64,000 nt of DNA, from NCBI GenBank assembly GCA_964016885.1, contig OZ024743.1:33356001-33420000 (forward strand), written 5' to 3'. The notes beneath the pieces were generated by a model. That model searched no databases. It was not told where the DNA came from and saw only the letters and a program-made list of their open reading frames with translations. Positions within the stretch are counted from its first letter, which is position 1. Every line of letters starts with the position of its first letter. The stretch is from Eledone cirrhosa (taxonomy: Eukaryota). Of the stretch, positions 1 to 12,228 are shown in pieces. Both the position numbers and the translations under genes were made by a program.

Positions 1-53
1 GCTACTAAGCATGGCGTCCGACCCTCTACCGATACTGCCAATCCACCGCCCTT
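1..53 (-). mobile_element. tRNA-derived SINE family 1, 5' head (cut by window edge)
   Basis: Reverse complement GGCGGTGGATTGGCAGTATCGGTAGAGGGTCGGACGCCATGC matches the head of the other family-1 copies. Confidence 0.8.
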
Positions 54-259
54 ATATATAACGTTATCATCATTTAATTTGTTTTCCTTGCTAATAAATG
101 TTGGCAAGTCATCAAAGACAAAGTCAATACTTAATCACAACCATTGATCTCTCAGATGTGTACTACGAGTGTTTAATCTTGTTACCATCTGTAGAGAGGT
201 TGTTGTGCTCTTGACACAACTCAAGAGTTCTCTCAACCCTTGTGTAATGATTTATACGT

Positions 260-299
<40 letters not shown>

Positions 300-700
300 G
301 CGCATTTAAGTCGAAAGAATAAAGATGATGTTGAATGGAGAGGACATGTCAACTTCTAAAAATATTTGTGTTATGATAACATAGTCCTAGTGCATACTTA
401 TAGTGGTTCGAACAGAGACAACAAATGTGGACTCCTAGTTTTTGGCGGCGATATGATAAGGTCTCTCGCCGTTGTGGCATAATAAACTGTACCCACTACA
501 CTGTTAGGAGATTGTTGTTAGGAAAGACATCCAACCATTGCCACCATGCCAAAATGAAACACATGAGTGAGACATTGTTTTCTGTCCCCTCTTTTGATGT
601 TTTATTTACTGAATCGTATCGAAGAGGAATCATATATCATGTATATATTTTTGTAATTTTTTTAAATATTATTTATATATGTATATATATATCACACATT

Positions 701-776
<76 letters not shown>

Positions 777-832
777 CACTCACACACACATATGTATATA
801 TATATAACACTCACACACATATATGTATGTAC

Positions 833-875
<43 letters not shown>

Positions 876-973
876 TATTGAAATTTCAGTTAGAAACAGA
901 AAAGGTCATAGAAATGAAGAGTGCTCTATGTCAGTATCAGAGCAAAATTTAATGTATAAAATCAATACAATAT

Positions 974-1053
974 TATTACCTCATTACCAGAGGTTTCCCG
1001 AATGAGGCGAATACGAAATAAACGACTTCATTCGTTCGTCAGACGAGGCAATA
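974..1053 (-). ncRNA. Type I hammerhead ribozyme (family A)
   Basis: tattgcctcgt CTGACGA a-cgaatga..tcattcg-g GAAA cc-tct-gg TA atgaggtaata; 11-bp stem I with 2 GU pairs. Confidence 0.85.
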
Positions 1054-1847
1054 TAAAACATGGGCAAATACTTAGAAAAACACATCAAGAAAATCAAAAA
1101 AATATATAGATAAATGAAATAGAAATTGAAATATATAAAAATCTATCAAGAAAAATAGTTAGGTGTGTGTATGTGTATGTATATACGCTCATAGATGTGC
1201 ATATATGTATATGTGCACGTGTAAATGTATGGTTAGAAAGTGTGCGTAATTATAAAAATTTAGGGCAAATGTATCTATATGTCTGTATTATGCAGACGGA
1301 AATGGTTACTTCGTAAAAATAAGAAAATAAAGTCGCGCGCATAAAAACGCCTGGACACTCGTACATTTAGATGCGGAAAGTAAGGAGATGAAGAGAGTAT
1401 AATAAATAAAAGAAAAGTATCTATTACGATATATTTATAAAAATATAGTAACGATAAATTAGAAAGACAAGATAGAAAGAAAAAATTAAAGAAAACAAAA
1501 AAAGCGGGGGTACATACATACACAGACACGCGTGTCTCACAAAAGAAATGTAAAAATAATTATGCTTATATACACACGCGCGCTTACACTTCCATACGTT
1601 CGATACGTACATACACACACACACACACACATACTTATACTCGCGCATATAAACCTGTTTGCATGCCCATGTATGAAACTGGGTAAGTAACAAAAGAGGG
1701 AAGGGGGGGGGGGGGGGGAGAAGAAAAAAGAAACAAAAAAATATAAAACCGAAATGTCAAAAACACGGATATAAAGACACTTACATATACGCATAATATA
1801 CACACACGCACACACACAAACACCAGTACACACACGCATACATACAC

Positions 1848-1892
<45 letters not shown>

Positions 1893-2299
1893 CATGCACG
1901 CACGCGCGCGCACATACGTAGTCACTCATGTACATATATAAAAAAAGAGTATACACACATTAAGGCGTTCGGCCATATTGAAATGTGGATAAATAAATAC
2001 AAATATAAAATTGTAAGATAGGCTGCGCAAAAATAAAATAAAAATAAAAATGAAAAATATATCTGGATTGAAAAACACAAAAGACAAGTATAATCAGTTA
2101 GTAGAGGAAAAAGGGAAGTAAAAGAAGGGGAAGTAAAAAATAGAAAATAGGAAGTTGATCGGAGAATAAAGGGGGGGGGGGTGAAGTAAAAATTAAAAAA
2201 ATAAATAAATAAAAGTGAAAATAAATGAAATTATCAACAAGGATAAGAATGAAAGTAAGTCAGAAAGGGTAATTAAAAAGAGAATAATCAGAGATTATG

Positions 2300-3204
2300 G
2301 AGGATAAGTGTCTGAAAGTGTGTTAAGTTTATATGAGCTGGAAAGCAGGTGTGATTTCATGTGTGGGCAACTGGTAAAAATTTCCGTCTTCGTGTTCAGG
2401 CAGGTCTTTGGTGATTTGAGATTTTGCAATATCCAAAATTTTTCATTTATGCAGAGCGTTCATTTTCTTGTTCCTCTAGCATATTTTTTAGATTGGTTCA
2501 AAATTGACCAATCTAGTTTCTATTGGATGTCTTGGTCTTTCAAATCCCAGATTCTGCTAGCCAGAGCTGTTGTAAATCTTTTTTCTGGATGTCGAAAGGA
2601 TGCGACATGTGAGTAATAACGCGTTTTGAATTTGTCTTGCGTCATACCCACATATCGTTCACTGGTGACTGGATGGTTGTTGCTGATAGTTGTCACATTA
2701 GCCGCATATACAATGGCTTTGGTGTTGCATTTACCTTGTAATGGGCATTCACTTTTGATTCTACAGGAGCAAGTTTGATTTTCTCTATGTGATGTTTTGT
2801 TGAGGATATAGGACTTAATAGGGGGACCGCAGGAATAGCTAATTTTAACACAGTTTCTGTTAAAGATCTTATAGTATCTATGTGTTCTAGGGAAATGTTT
2901 ATCTAGGAGTTCTAGGAATTTTTTGCCTACATTAGTTTTAACTGCTAGAGAGTAGGGGTGTGTGAACCAGATTATTTTTCTTTTCCTATTTTTATGTTTA
3001 ATAGAGTTAGTGTAGTTAGGTATGTATTTAATCGGTTCGCTAAAGCCGCTATTTTTGGAGGGCTTTATTATAGTAGGGGGATGCCTTATTGAAAATAGCT
3101 TCTGATGAAGAGAGGGTGGAGATCCTACGGCTAATATTAGGGATAAGGTTTTTAAAAACTATAGGTGGATGGCAAGATCCTTTATTTATATATTTTAAGT
3201 TTTC
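2300..3204 (-). pseudogene. Disrupted Penelope ORF C-terminus (thumb, Cys linker, GIY-YIG endonuclease)
   Basis: IVY..YVG motif, catalytic R in FKTRY and E in CINEK. One frameshift near 3053 and one stop near 2521. Colinear with the PLE-2 protein. Confidence 0.85.
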
Positions 3205-3261
<57 letters not shown>

Positions 3262-3302
3262 TTCAAAATATTAATAAATATAGACATTCATGTGATCAAA
3301 TA

Positions 3303-3368
3303 TATTTTATTATATATATTTCAGAGGTATTGTGCTGTTTCCTTATTACGTCCTCATCAGATAAAATA
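3303..3368 (-). ncRNA. Minimal type I hammerhead ribozyme (family B)
   Basis: tattttat CTGATGA ggacgta..tacctct GAAA tatata TA ataaaata; upstream flank is homologous to 54490-54540. Confidence 0.8.
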
Positions 3369-3420
3369 AATTGATGTCAGACATACCTCAACTGTGCTGA
3401 TGGTTCAATTCCAGTCTTGG

Positions 3421-3479
<59 letters not shown>

Positions 3480-3542
3480 AAAAAAAAAGGAAAAGAATGA
3501 CTTCACTTGTAGTTCTAAACAGATTGATTTAATTTTATATTA

Positions 3543-4224
3543 CTAGCAGTGGTACCTGGCGTTGCACGGGATAAGGTATTGTGAAATATATAACCGCTTT
3601 GCTAAGCTTAGTACTGCCACAACCACGGCTGGCAAAGAAGTAAGGGTGTGGTGGTACGTAAGTAAGCAACACTGTGGCTTAACACGTGAGGAAGAAGTTG
3701 TGTGCACTTACCAACTGTTTGGGGAATGAGTGTGAGATTTGTGTTAACCGGAGGCAGCAGACAGCCAGACATACAGACAGATATAAGGTGGATTGGGAGT
3801 ATCGGTAGAGGGTCGGACGCCATGCTTTCCAGCATAGTTACGTCCCTTTGCGGTCTGAGTTCAAATCCTGCCGAGGTTAACTTTGCCTTTCATCCTTACG
3901 GGGTCGATAAAATAAAGTACCAGTAATGTACTGGGTATTTGATGGCCTTGTGCCAAAAAGTAGAAACAATTATAAGGGCGCGACGTTATATGTATGTATC
4001 TATCTAAAAAGAGAAAGACTAAGAATTATAGAGAGAGATCGCTAAATCGCTAATGCGGTCCATAGGGCATAGAAAATTTGAAATTATTTTGCTCAGAACA
4101 CTCCCTGAAACATCAGTATTACATGTGTAAAGTTTGAAAACAGCCGGTTGGGTGCTTCTCTAGTTTTAGGGATTCGAACTCACACACACACAGACAGACA
4201 TCCTCAGTTTTATATATATATAGA
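3543..4224 (-). mobile_element. Non-autonomous Helitron with nested SINE
   Basis: On minus: A|TCTATATATATAAAA..(TGTC)n start, subterminal GC-rich hairpin cccgtgcaacgccaggt, CTAG|T end. 3970-4225 is homologous to 59445-59660. Confidence 0.75.
3787..3971 (+). mobile_element. tRNA-derived SINE family 1
   Basis: A-box-like TGGGAGTATCGG, B box GAGTTCAAATCC, body GCCTTTCATCCTTACGGGGTCGATAAAATAAAGTACCAG; candidate TSD TATAAGG (3782 and 3971). Confidence 0.85.
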
Positions 4225-4225
4225 T

Positions 4226-4333
4226 AATTGTTTCTACTTTTGGCACACGGCCAGTAATTAACCAGTACATTACTGGTACTTTATTTTATCAACCCCGTAA
4301 GTATGAAAGGCAAAGTTAACCTCGGCGGGATTT
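4226..4333 (-). mobile_element. SINE family 1, 3' part
   Basis: Reverse complement of the family-1 body and tail. Confidence 0.75.
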
Positions 4334-4499
4334 AATTTTATAATATTATAATATGAGTTGGTAGATCTAGTTGGTAGAACTAGATCTACCAACTTATAAT
4401 ATTATAAAATTAAATTAATTTGCTTAGAACTACAAGTGAAGTCATTCTTTTCCTTATTTTTCAAATATACCTAACTGTACCAAAGATCTCACACATTTT

Positions 4500-4571
<72 letters not shown>

Positions 4572-5754
4572 TCTAGTTTAAACGCATGTGTGTATTCACG
4601 CGTTAGTGCGTGTAAGTTTTAAATTTGTATCTTGTTTTATATAATGAGGAAAGAGTTATCTCCCATGATTTTTCGCACGGCTGTTTAATTTTAGCTTTTC
4701 AAATCGTTTTTACATTTGGGTATTTTTGATATAATTATACACACTGGTGCAAATACATTTTTTATACACGCACTGATTTACATATACAGATATGGGAAAC
4801 TGTATGCAGAGATAACGTAAATCAGTTTAATACTTCATATAATGGTATTAATTGAATTTCTTTGTAAGTTGGCCCCTTGCAAAGTGCATTCTGTTTTTCA
4901 TAATGCAAACATTCATTTGAAAGAAGGAGGTATATCTGATGAATTCTATCTTTTTTTTTTTTTTTCATCAATACTATCTGCCTCTAATTACTCTATACTT
5001 TATAGTGAAACCTTACATATCCTGACTTTCTATGAGTAACCTAGTTAAATATTTATCTTGAATTCTAAATTTTTTTTCTTATTTTACTTTCAATCAGAGA
5101 TAGTATTAAATTGAATGGTAGCTACTATTGTTTAGGATTATATCTGAGAATATATTGACCAAGTTTTAGATTTTTTTTTCTCATAAAAAATTACTATTAT
5201 CATATCAGAGTAATAAAACTAATGTAACTCTTTCTATGTATTCACATTTGTATTACTTTTTAAAATAACTTTTTTAACTCTTTTGATACAAAACCACATG
5301 ATCATATCTCTGATTTTAGGATACAAGCAATTTTCTTTTAAAGTGCATATATTTAGCCATCATAATTTTATATAAGAGCCATTGCTAAGTTATGCTCCAA
5401 ACATCAGCTTAATGAGAAAATTAGTTATATTTCTAAATTTCTTCAAATTCTTAATTATTATCAAAATTATTTGAAAATCATAGGCATTGTCATTTATTAG
5501 AAACATGGTAATGAAATGGTTAATATCTGTTACTTTCCCAATTCGGTTCTCTTCCCTGCTTGCACTTTACCATCAAGGACAGGTAGACTAAAACCAATAT
5601 ATTTCATGGAGCTTCATCCTGCAATAGTTTTTTAAAAATAGCTAGATAGAATAAAATATATTTATTGGTTTTATCTATTGATGTTATCTTTATATGTATA
5701 ATAATGTGGATGCAGCATTGTCAAATGGTTAAGAAGTTTACTTTGCAATGTTAA

Positions 5755-5918
5755 CCCTTTAGCATTTAAACTGGCTGTAACTGACCACTCATACCAACAT
5801 TAAGGTATTGTTCTCAAAATAAATCATATCAAAATCTCATAGATTCAATATTATGTGAGGTAAAGCCTTTACCATGGAAATATAATAGTATATATAGAGT
5901 AATGCAAATGCTAAAGAG
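5755..5918. mobile_element. TTAA MITE (piggyBac-type), degraded copy
   Basis: TTAA-CCCTTTAGCATTTA start; interior homologous to 9876-10083. Confidence 0.65.
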
Positions 5919-6571
5919 CTATGGTCCTAGACTTGATTCCACTGCATGGTATCTTGGGTAATTATCATTTACCATAGCCTTGTCAGTTAAATTGAGAAGG
6001 AAACTGCTTGGAAGCCTAATGGATTGACCAACCTTGTCACACTGTGTCATACTGGATTTATTTTAGAATTATGTTAAAAGTACACATATCTGTGGAATGC
6101 TCAGACACTTGCACGTTAATTTCATGGGCAGATTGCTCCAATGATTGACCAATTGGAGCCCTCATTGTTGAAACCAACAAAGGACCCAGACAAAATAATT
6201 TCAGTTTACAGTTTAGCAAACTGACAAATCTAGTTATTGATACTTCTTGCTCTAATCACACTGAGAAAATGACTAAGCCTATATTTTCTCATACACAGTA
6301 TACACTCACACACACACCAGATTAATTGATAGATTATAACACCATATGATCCCCCCTACCTCTTTAGATATTTCCATAACACTGCTATGTGGCAAAGATG
6401 TTTAATGATTTATTTGTTGTTTGATGGAAATTATTAAATATGTAAGTTAATTATACACATTTGTATAAATCTATATGATTCTTTAATATGCAATTATTTG
6501 CTTCTCTGGTCTGAGACTTAGGTAGCTGCCTAGTAGCCTTAATAGTAACATCCCGTCTCGTGTATAAACAA

Positions 6572-6970
6572 CTTCTTCTTCGCCCACTTATTCTTGAGAG
6601 GGTTGTTGGGGCAGAGTCCTCAAACACTCCTTCCAGTGGATCCTGTCAAAAGCAACCGTCTCCAACTGATCCAGCTAGATGCCCAAGCGAGACCACCCAA
6701 GCTCATGGATGTTATCCAACATCTTGCTCGGGGTCTACCCCCGAGTCTCCTGCTGGTTGATTTTGCCCGTAAAATCTGTCCAGTGATTCTTTCCTGAGAC
6801 ATTCTAACCACATGCCCATAGTATCGGAGCTGTGATCTCTCAATTCGGAGAAGTAGCGGCTCTACCAGGAGTGACTCTCTGATCTCTGAGCTATACACTT
6901 TATTGAGTAACGTTACTCCAAAGACCCTTCATAGGAACCCCATTTCAGCTGCTTGTATTGGCGAGTGTGA
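6572..6970 (-). mobile_element. RTE LINE family 2, 3' fragment
   Basis: IERSQLRYYGHVVRM..GRPRARW-like C-terminus and (GAA)n tail. Confidence 0.8.
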
Positions 6971-7044
6971 ATCTAGCTGTTGAAATGGCAAGAGCTCAGC
7001 TGTCAGGTTCCCGACTCTTTCATATAAATATATGTGTGTGTGTG

Positions 7045-7085
<41 letters not shown>

Positions 7086-8914
7086 TCATGTCTTTGTCTG
7101 TGTTGATGTCATATAACTTAGTGGGTTGACAAAAGCAGATTGATAAAATAAGTACTATGATCGATATGATCAACTAATATCTCTTTAAAATGATGCCCCA
7201 GCATGGTCACAGTCAAATGACAGAATTAAAAAAATAACAGTTTTTGTATTTTTGTTTTTTTGTTTTTTTAAATGGCTCAACAATTCTTCCATGATGCCAT
7301 TGCATAATGTTTGTTTTTTTCTTCTTTTGTTCTTATGGTCGTTAATATTCTGTGTAAATACAGCATGTCATTATTAAAGAGACTACATGAATTGTTGTTA
7401 GTTGTACAACTGGGGTAAAAAAATGAATTGCTCAATGTTCTCTTCTACATAGTGATGTAATGTATAATTTTGTTTCACCTATCTGATACCAAACTGACTG
7501 GAACCGTAGCTGTTTCTATGACATAAAGCCATTTGTTCTTCATATATCATTTAAAATTTGTGTTCATATTTCAATTTAAATTTTTGTTCATAATTTTATG
7601 TATGAAAGTGAAGCATCTAAGTACCCCTGGTAACATGTCAACTGCTTCATTTTATACACACGCACATTAACAATACTGATTTCTTAATTGAATAGATATA
7701 TAGGCAAATGGTTAGCAGGGATGCTATAGAGTACCTCCAGTCTGGTGAATTGTCACTCTGCCATTGATTCTTTGAATGCTGGTAATGACTGAAAAAGAAA
7801 AGTAGACAAAAAATAAACAGAATAATTTCTAAAATTTAGAGAATGTTACAGGATGCACAGGCTTATATTATCTCAAAGCATGACTAATGATTATGGTAAT
7901 ATAGTATGTATGTGCTTAGATGAAAATAATGATACTAATTTGCTATAGTCATGAGAATACAAAGAAATAAAACAAAATGATGATAAATTACCCTGAGGGG
8001 AACATTAAACATCAAAGATGAAAAGATGTTAACAGAAGACCATTGCCTCACAACACCAATAATTAGACTTAGTCTACTTGATGTAACAGAACTTTGAATT
8101 TTGAGTTGGTGCCCATTGTTAGTTTACTGTTATACTATAGGTACAGACGCAGATTTGTTCGGAGCTATTAGATTTCTGTGCTAAATACATAGACAAAATA
8201 TCTTTCAGGTAAACTGATAGAAAGTGTTTGTTTCTTTTGAATAGTTTTTTTTTTGCATAGGTTGGAGTTGGTTCTGTAAATTATACAACCTCTCTAGTGT
8301 TGATGCCATGATAGAAGGAACCCAGTACACTCTATAAAGTAAATGGCAATCAGACAGATACGATATATGTAAAGATGGCTCTTCAGTCATGCTGAATACC
8401 TGACAGCCTTTCTAGTGCTAGTGCTACAATAAATTGCACCCAATACACTCTGTAAAGTTGTTAGTGTTATGAAGGGCCATCCAGTTGTAGAAACCATGCC
8501 AAACATGAAATGTAAGAGCAAGATGTAGTTCTCTGGCCAGTCTAGTCACTGGCCATGATTTTGCATCTAACTCATAATAGCAAGGAGATACTTTTTCTGG
8601 TTTCAGTCATTAGACTGAAATCATGATGATGAAGATGAGGATGGCAGAAATTTTTGAGCTATCTAATTTTTCTTTAAATGACTGAGGAATATAGAAAGGC
8701 CAAAAATATAGTTTGCTTGGAACATGACAGAAGGTATATAAAAAAAGTTAAAGTCATTTCATTGAGTGTCCAGCAACATATCTACATATAATTTACATTT
8801 ACACATGTTCATGAATGTATATTTTATGTAAACAGCATTTGTTACCATATTTTTCATGAAAAACACTGCTGTAATTTTCAAATAAAGGTTAATATATAAA
8901 ATTATGAAAGGTCT

Positions 8915-9160
8915 TTTTCTTTATCCACTTATTCCTGGGAAGTTTATTGGGATAGAGTCCTCAAGTATGCCTTCCAGTGGATCCTGTCAGAAGCAACTGT
9001 CTCCAATTGATCCAGCTGGATCCCTAAATCAAACCAGCCAAGCTCAAAAATGTCCAACCATTTTAATCGGAATCTACCGCCATATCTTTTTGCCCAGCAA
9101 TTCTTTCCAGAGACATTCTGATCACATTGGCGCTGTGATCTCTCAATTTTGAGAAGTGGG
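8915..9160 (-). mobile_element. RTE LINE family 2, degraded 3' fragment
   Basis: Nucleotide similarity to 6575-6860. Confidence 0.65.
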
Positions 9161-9875
9161 TCTTTAGATAAATAAAAATATTTTAATATATGCAGTTAAA
9201 TGTCATATAATCAGGGGAGGTTGCAGGCAGTTTGATATCAAAACTGTTCAGGTATAAACTTACCTTTTTAGCATTCTACACTGTGAATTAATACATATAT
9301 TTTGACTTCCATTCCACCTTGGTCAATACCAATTTAATATACTGAAATAATTTCAATCAATCTTTTGAATAATTATTATTATAGTTATTACAATGTATAA
9401 ATTCCTTTTTTAATACTTGTTGGAATTTAGTATACCACATTATATCATTTCATGTGCAAAGCTATTACAGGTAAACCATCTTTAGCCCTGTCATTACTAC
9501 ATTTCTATTGAAAGATACTGCTTATGATTTTCAAATAATTTTGAAAATAATCCAGAATTTGGAAAGAAGTAGTATTATAACTCACTTTCTCGTTATTAAG
9601 CTAGTGTTTGGAACAGAATTTAACAAAGGTTCTTATACAAAATTATGATGGGAGGCCTTTTGATGAATATAAATACTTTAAAATAAACAACTTAGAATTG
9701 TAAAACTAGGAGTACTTTCAGATGGTTTAGTATCCAAAGGGTTAATGAACAACTACGTAAGTTAATAAAAGAAACAAATAAGCCAGAATTTCAGCATTGC
9801 ATTTGTACAACTTCGACTTGGTTATAACATGACATACAACAAACTTGTCTAAAAACACAATTGATAAATATTTAA

Positions 9876-10083
9876 CCCTTTAGCATTTACATTACTCCAT
9901 ATTTATTATTGTATTTTCGCAGTAAAGGCTTTATCTCACATAATATTGAATCTATGAGATTTTGATATTATTTATTTTGAGAATAATACCTTAAGATCAG
10001 TATGAGTGGCCAGTTACAGCCAGTTTGAACAGAAAGAGGTGAGAGAATTCTGGCCGGATATGACCGGTTTAAATGCTAAAGGG
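9876..10083. mobile_element. Complete 208-bp TTAA MITE (piggyBac-type)
   Basis: TTAA|CCCTTTAGCATTTA...TAAATGCTAAAGGG|TTAA; 14-bp perfect TIR. Confidence 0.85.
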
Positions 10084-10535
10084 TTAAAGAATAAAATTGA
10101 AACATGTTTCATCACCTTCCTTATCATCATAATTTTTGCATAAGTTTTTGAGTCAACACGCTACAGCCAGAAGCCCTTTCTGGCATTAACCCTTAATTTT
10201 AAGTATAAAACTTATTCCACTGATCTGCACCTATTAACCATTAATCTGCAGGACATATTGTTTATGATAAACTTAAACAAATGATACCAGTTGTTTATGC
10301 TGTGTTACTGTGAAGGCATATGTAGAAAGACATACACACGCACACACAGACAGAGAGAGAGAGAGAGAGAGAGGTTCTATTCAAGCATCAAATTAGATCA
10401 AACCTGAAACAACAGCCATACCTGCCTCTACAATATTATAAAATAATTCATTAGAGAAATTTTTAATTACAAGTTGTAAAAACAGTAGGGTACTAAGGTA
10501 ACCAGCTGTCATTTTGTCTCTTTTCCTTCAATATA

Positions 10536-10613
10536 CAGGGTGTCCCAAAAAATGTATACACACTTTGATTAGAATGCTGTTGAAGTGTGTATATTTTGTT
10601 GGGGGACACCTTA
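10536..10613. mobile_element. Tiny Tc1/mariner-type MITE
   Basis: TA|CAGGGTGTCCC..ATACACACTT / AAGTGTGTAT..GGGACACC..|TA imperfect TIRs. Confidence 0.6.
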
Positions 10614-11579
10614 TATTAGGACAAGGGCTTCTATCAAAAAAATACCAAAGAGCCCTATGAGATGCAACCTTGTAAGAGGCCAGCTAAGTCTGTACTAGTA
10701 TGAACTATAAAAAATATTAAAACTGTCCTTCAACTTGTTTATTTTCTTGTTTTTCCTATGGCAAATTTCAACTTAACATTTATCACCTATGTTGATACAA
10801 TTGATTTTCATGAATATATGAAGTTAGCATTCTTATCTCAGTTCTCAGTCTATTTTTCAAGATTATATTCCAACACAATGGATCATACTTTGATATCTAT
10901 TGCAGATTCTTTCATTATTTTTTCATTGTCCCAGTGTATTTTGCTTCTTACACCATCATATATTGATTTTTCACATGGGCACAAAGCCACAGATTTCTAG
11001 AATAAAATTATAGACATCATTGTTGTCACCATCATTTTTATAAATATTTTTATGCTAGCATAGGTTTGATGTGTCATTACAAACCAAGTCAGCGATTTAT
11101 CAGAGCTACTGTTCTGTTAGGTAGGTTGGGTGACCACATGAAAACATTTGGCATAGTTTCTATGACTGGATGCATTTCCTAATGCCAACCACATTTCAGA
11201 GTGTACTGGGTGCATTTTATTGTAGTATCAGCACTAGAGAAATTGTCTCATCTTTGATGTGGCTGTTGAGACCTCTCAACTCCCCTTTTGGCATGGTTTC
11301 TACAACTGTATGCCTTTTGTGACACCAACCACATGGTATCAGAAGGGTTAAGTATACCTGAGCCATTGAATGACTAAAGAATGTATGAAAAGTAGTGAGG
11401 TCAGACTTCAGTATGATAGGGATTACAGGATTAAGATGAAAGGTGGTATCTCATATTGTATATGAAAAGGAAGATATTTTTATCCTTCTGGGGTCAACAA
11501 AATAAATTACCAATTGAGTACTGATATAATCACGTTTCCTCTACCCACCAATTGATGTGCCTAAATTATAAAGAAATTA

Positions 11580-11875
11580 TTCTAGCTATGCAACACTCAG
11601 CATCAAACCAATTGAGTGCAAATCGGAGATCACCTTCTGTCAAGTTAAATAACACCATGTCGTCTGCATATTCCAGCTGACTGATTATACACCCCTCAGT
11701 CATGATACCACTTCCAACTCGGCTGTGCATATCAAACCTGTTCATGAAAATAATGAACAGGAGAGGTGACAGTACGCACCCTTGGTGGAGTCTGACTCGC
11801 ACATTGAATGGTTTTGATTTAGCACCATTTATCCGAACACAAATACTCGGGCATTCGTATAGAGACATCAGGGTT
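11580..11875 (-). mobile_element. RTE LINE family 2, RT core fragment
   Basis: HQGCVLSPLLF and LEYADD motifs. Confidence 0.85.
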
Positions 11876-11929
11876 ATTATTATAAATATTATCAATATCC
11901 TCATTTTTATTATATATATATATATAATA

Positions 11930-12122
11930 TAATTGTTTCTACTTTAGGCACAAGGCCAGCAATTACCCAGTGCATTACTGGTACTTTATTTTATCGACCC
12001 CGTAAGGATGAAAGGCAAAGTTAACCTCGGCGGGATTTTGAACTCAGTCCGTAAAGGGACGTAACTATGCTGCAAAGCATGGCGGCCGACCCTCTACCGA
12101 TACTGCCAATCCACCGCCCTTA
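11930..12122 (-). mobile_element. SINE family 1, full length
   Basis: A and B boxes, family body and tail. Confidence 0.85.
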
Positions 12123-12149
12123 TATATATATATAATCCATATGTATATA

Positions 12150-12228
<79 letters not shown>

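Larger units (their letters stand above)
874..3206 (-). mobile_element. 5'-truncated Penelope-like retroelement (PLE-1): RT thumb, GIY-YIG, ~1.25 kb 3' UTR and terminal hammerhead
   Basis: Minus-strand translation gives YINKGSCHPP..RRISTLSSS..IIWFTHPYS..DKHFP..KIFNRN..CSCR..CPLQGKC..IVYAANV..RYVGMT..FKTRY..CTLCINEK. Both ends abut (TA)n. Confidence 0.88.

Noticed and set aside
3102-3108. CTGATGA on plus
   Set aside because: Antisense to the PLE-1 ORF (SSSEA); no stem II, GAAA or stem I
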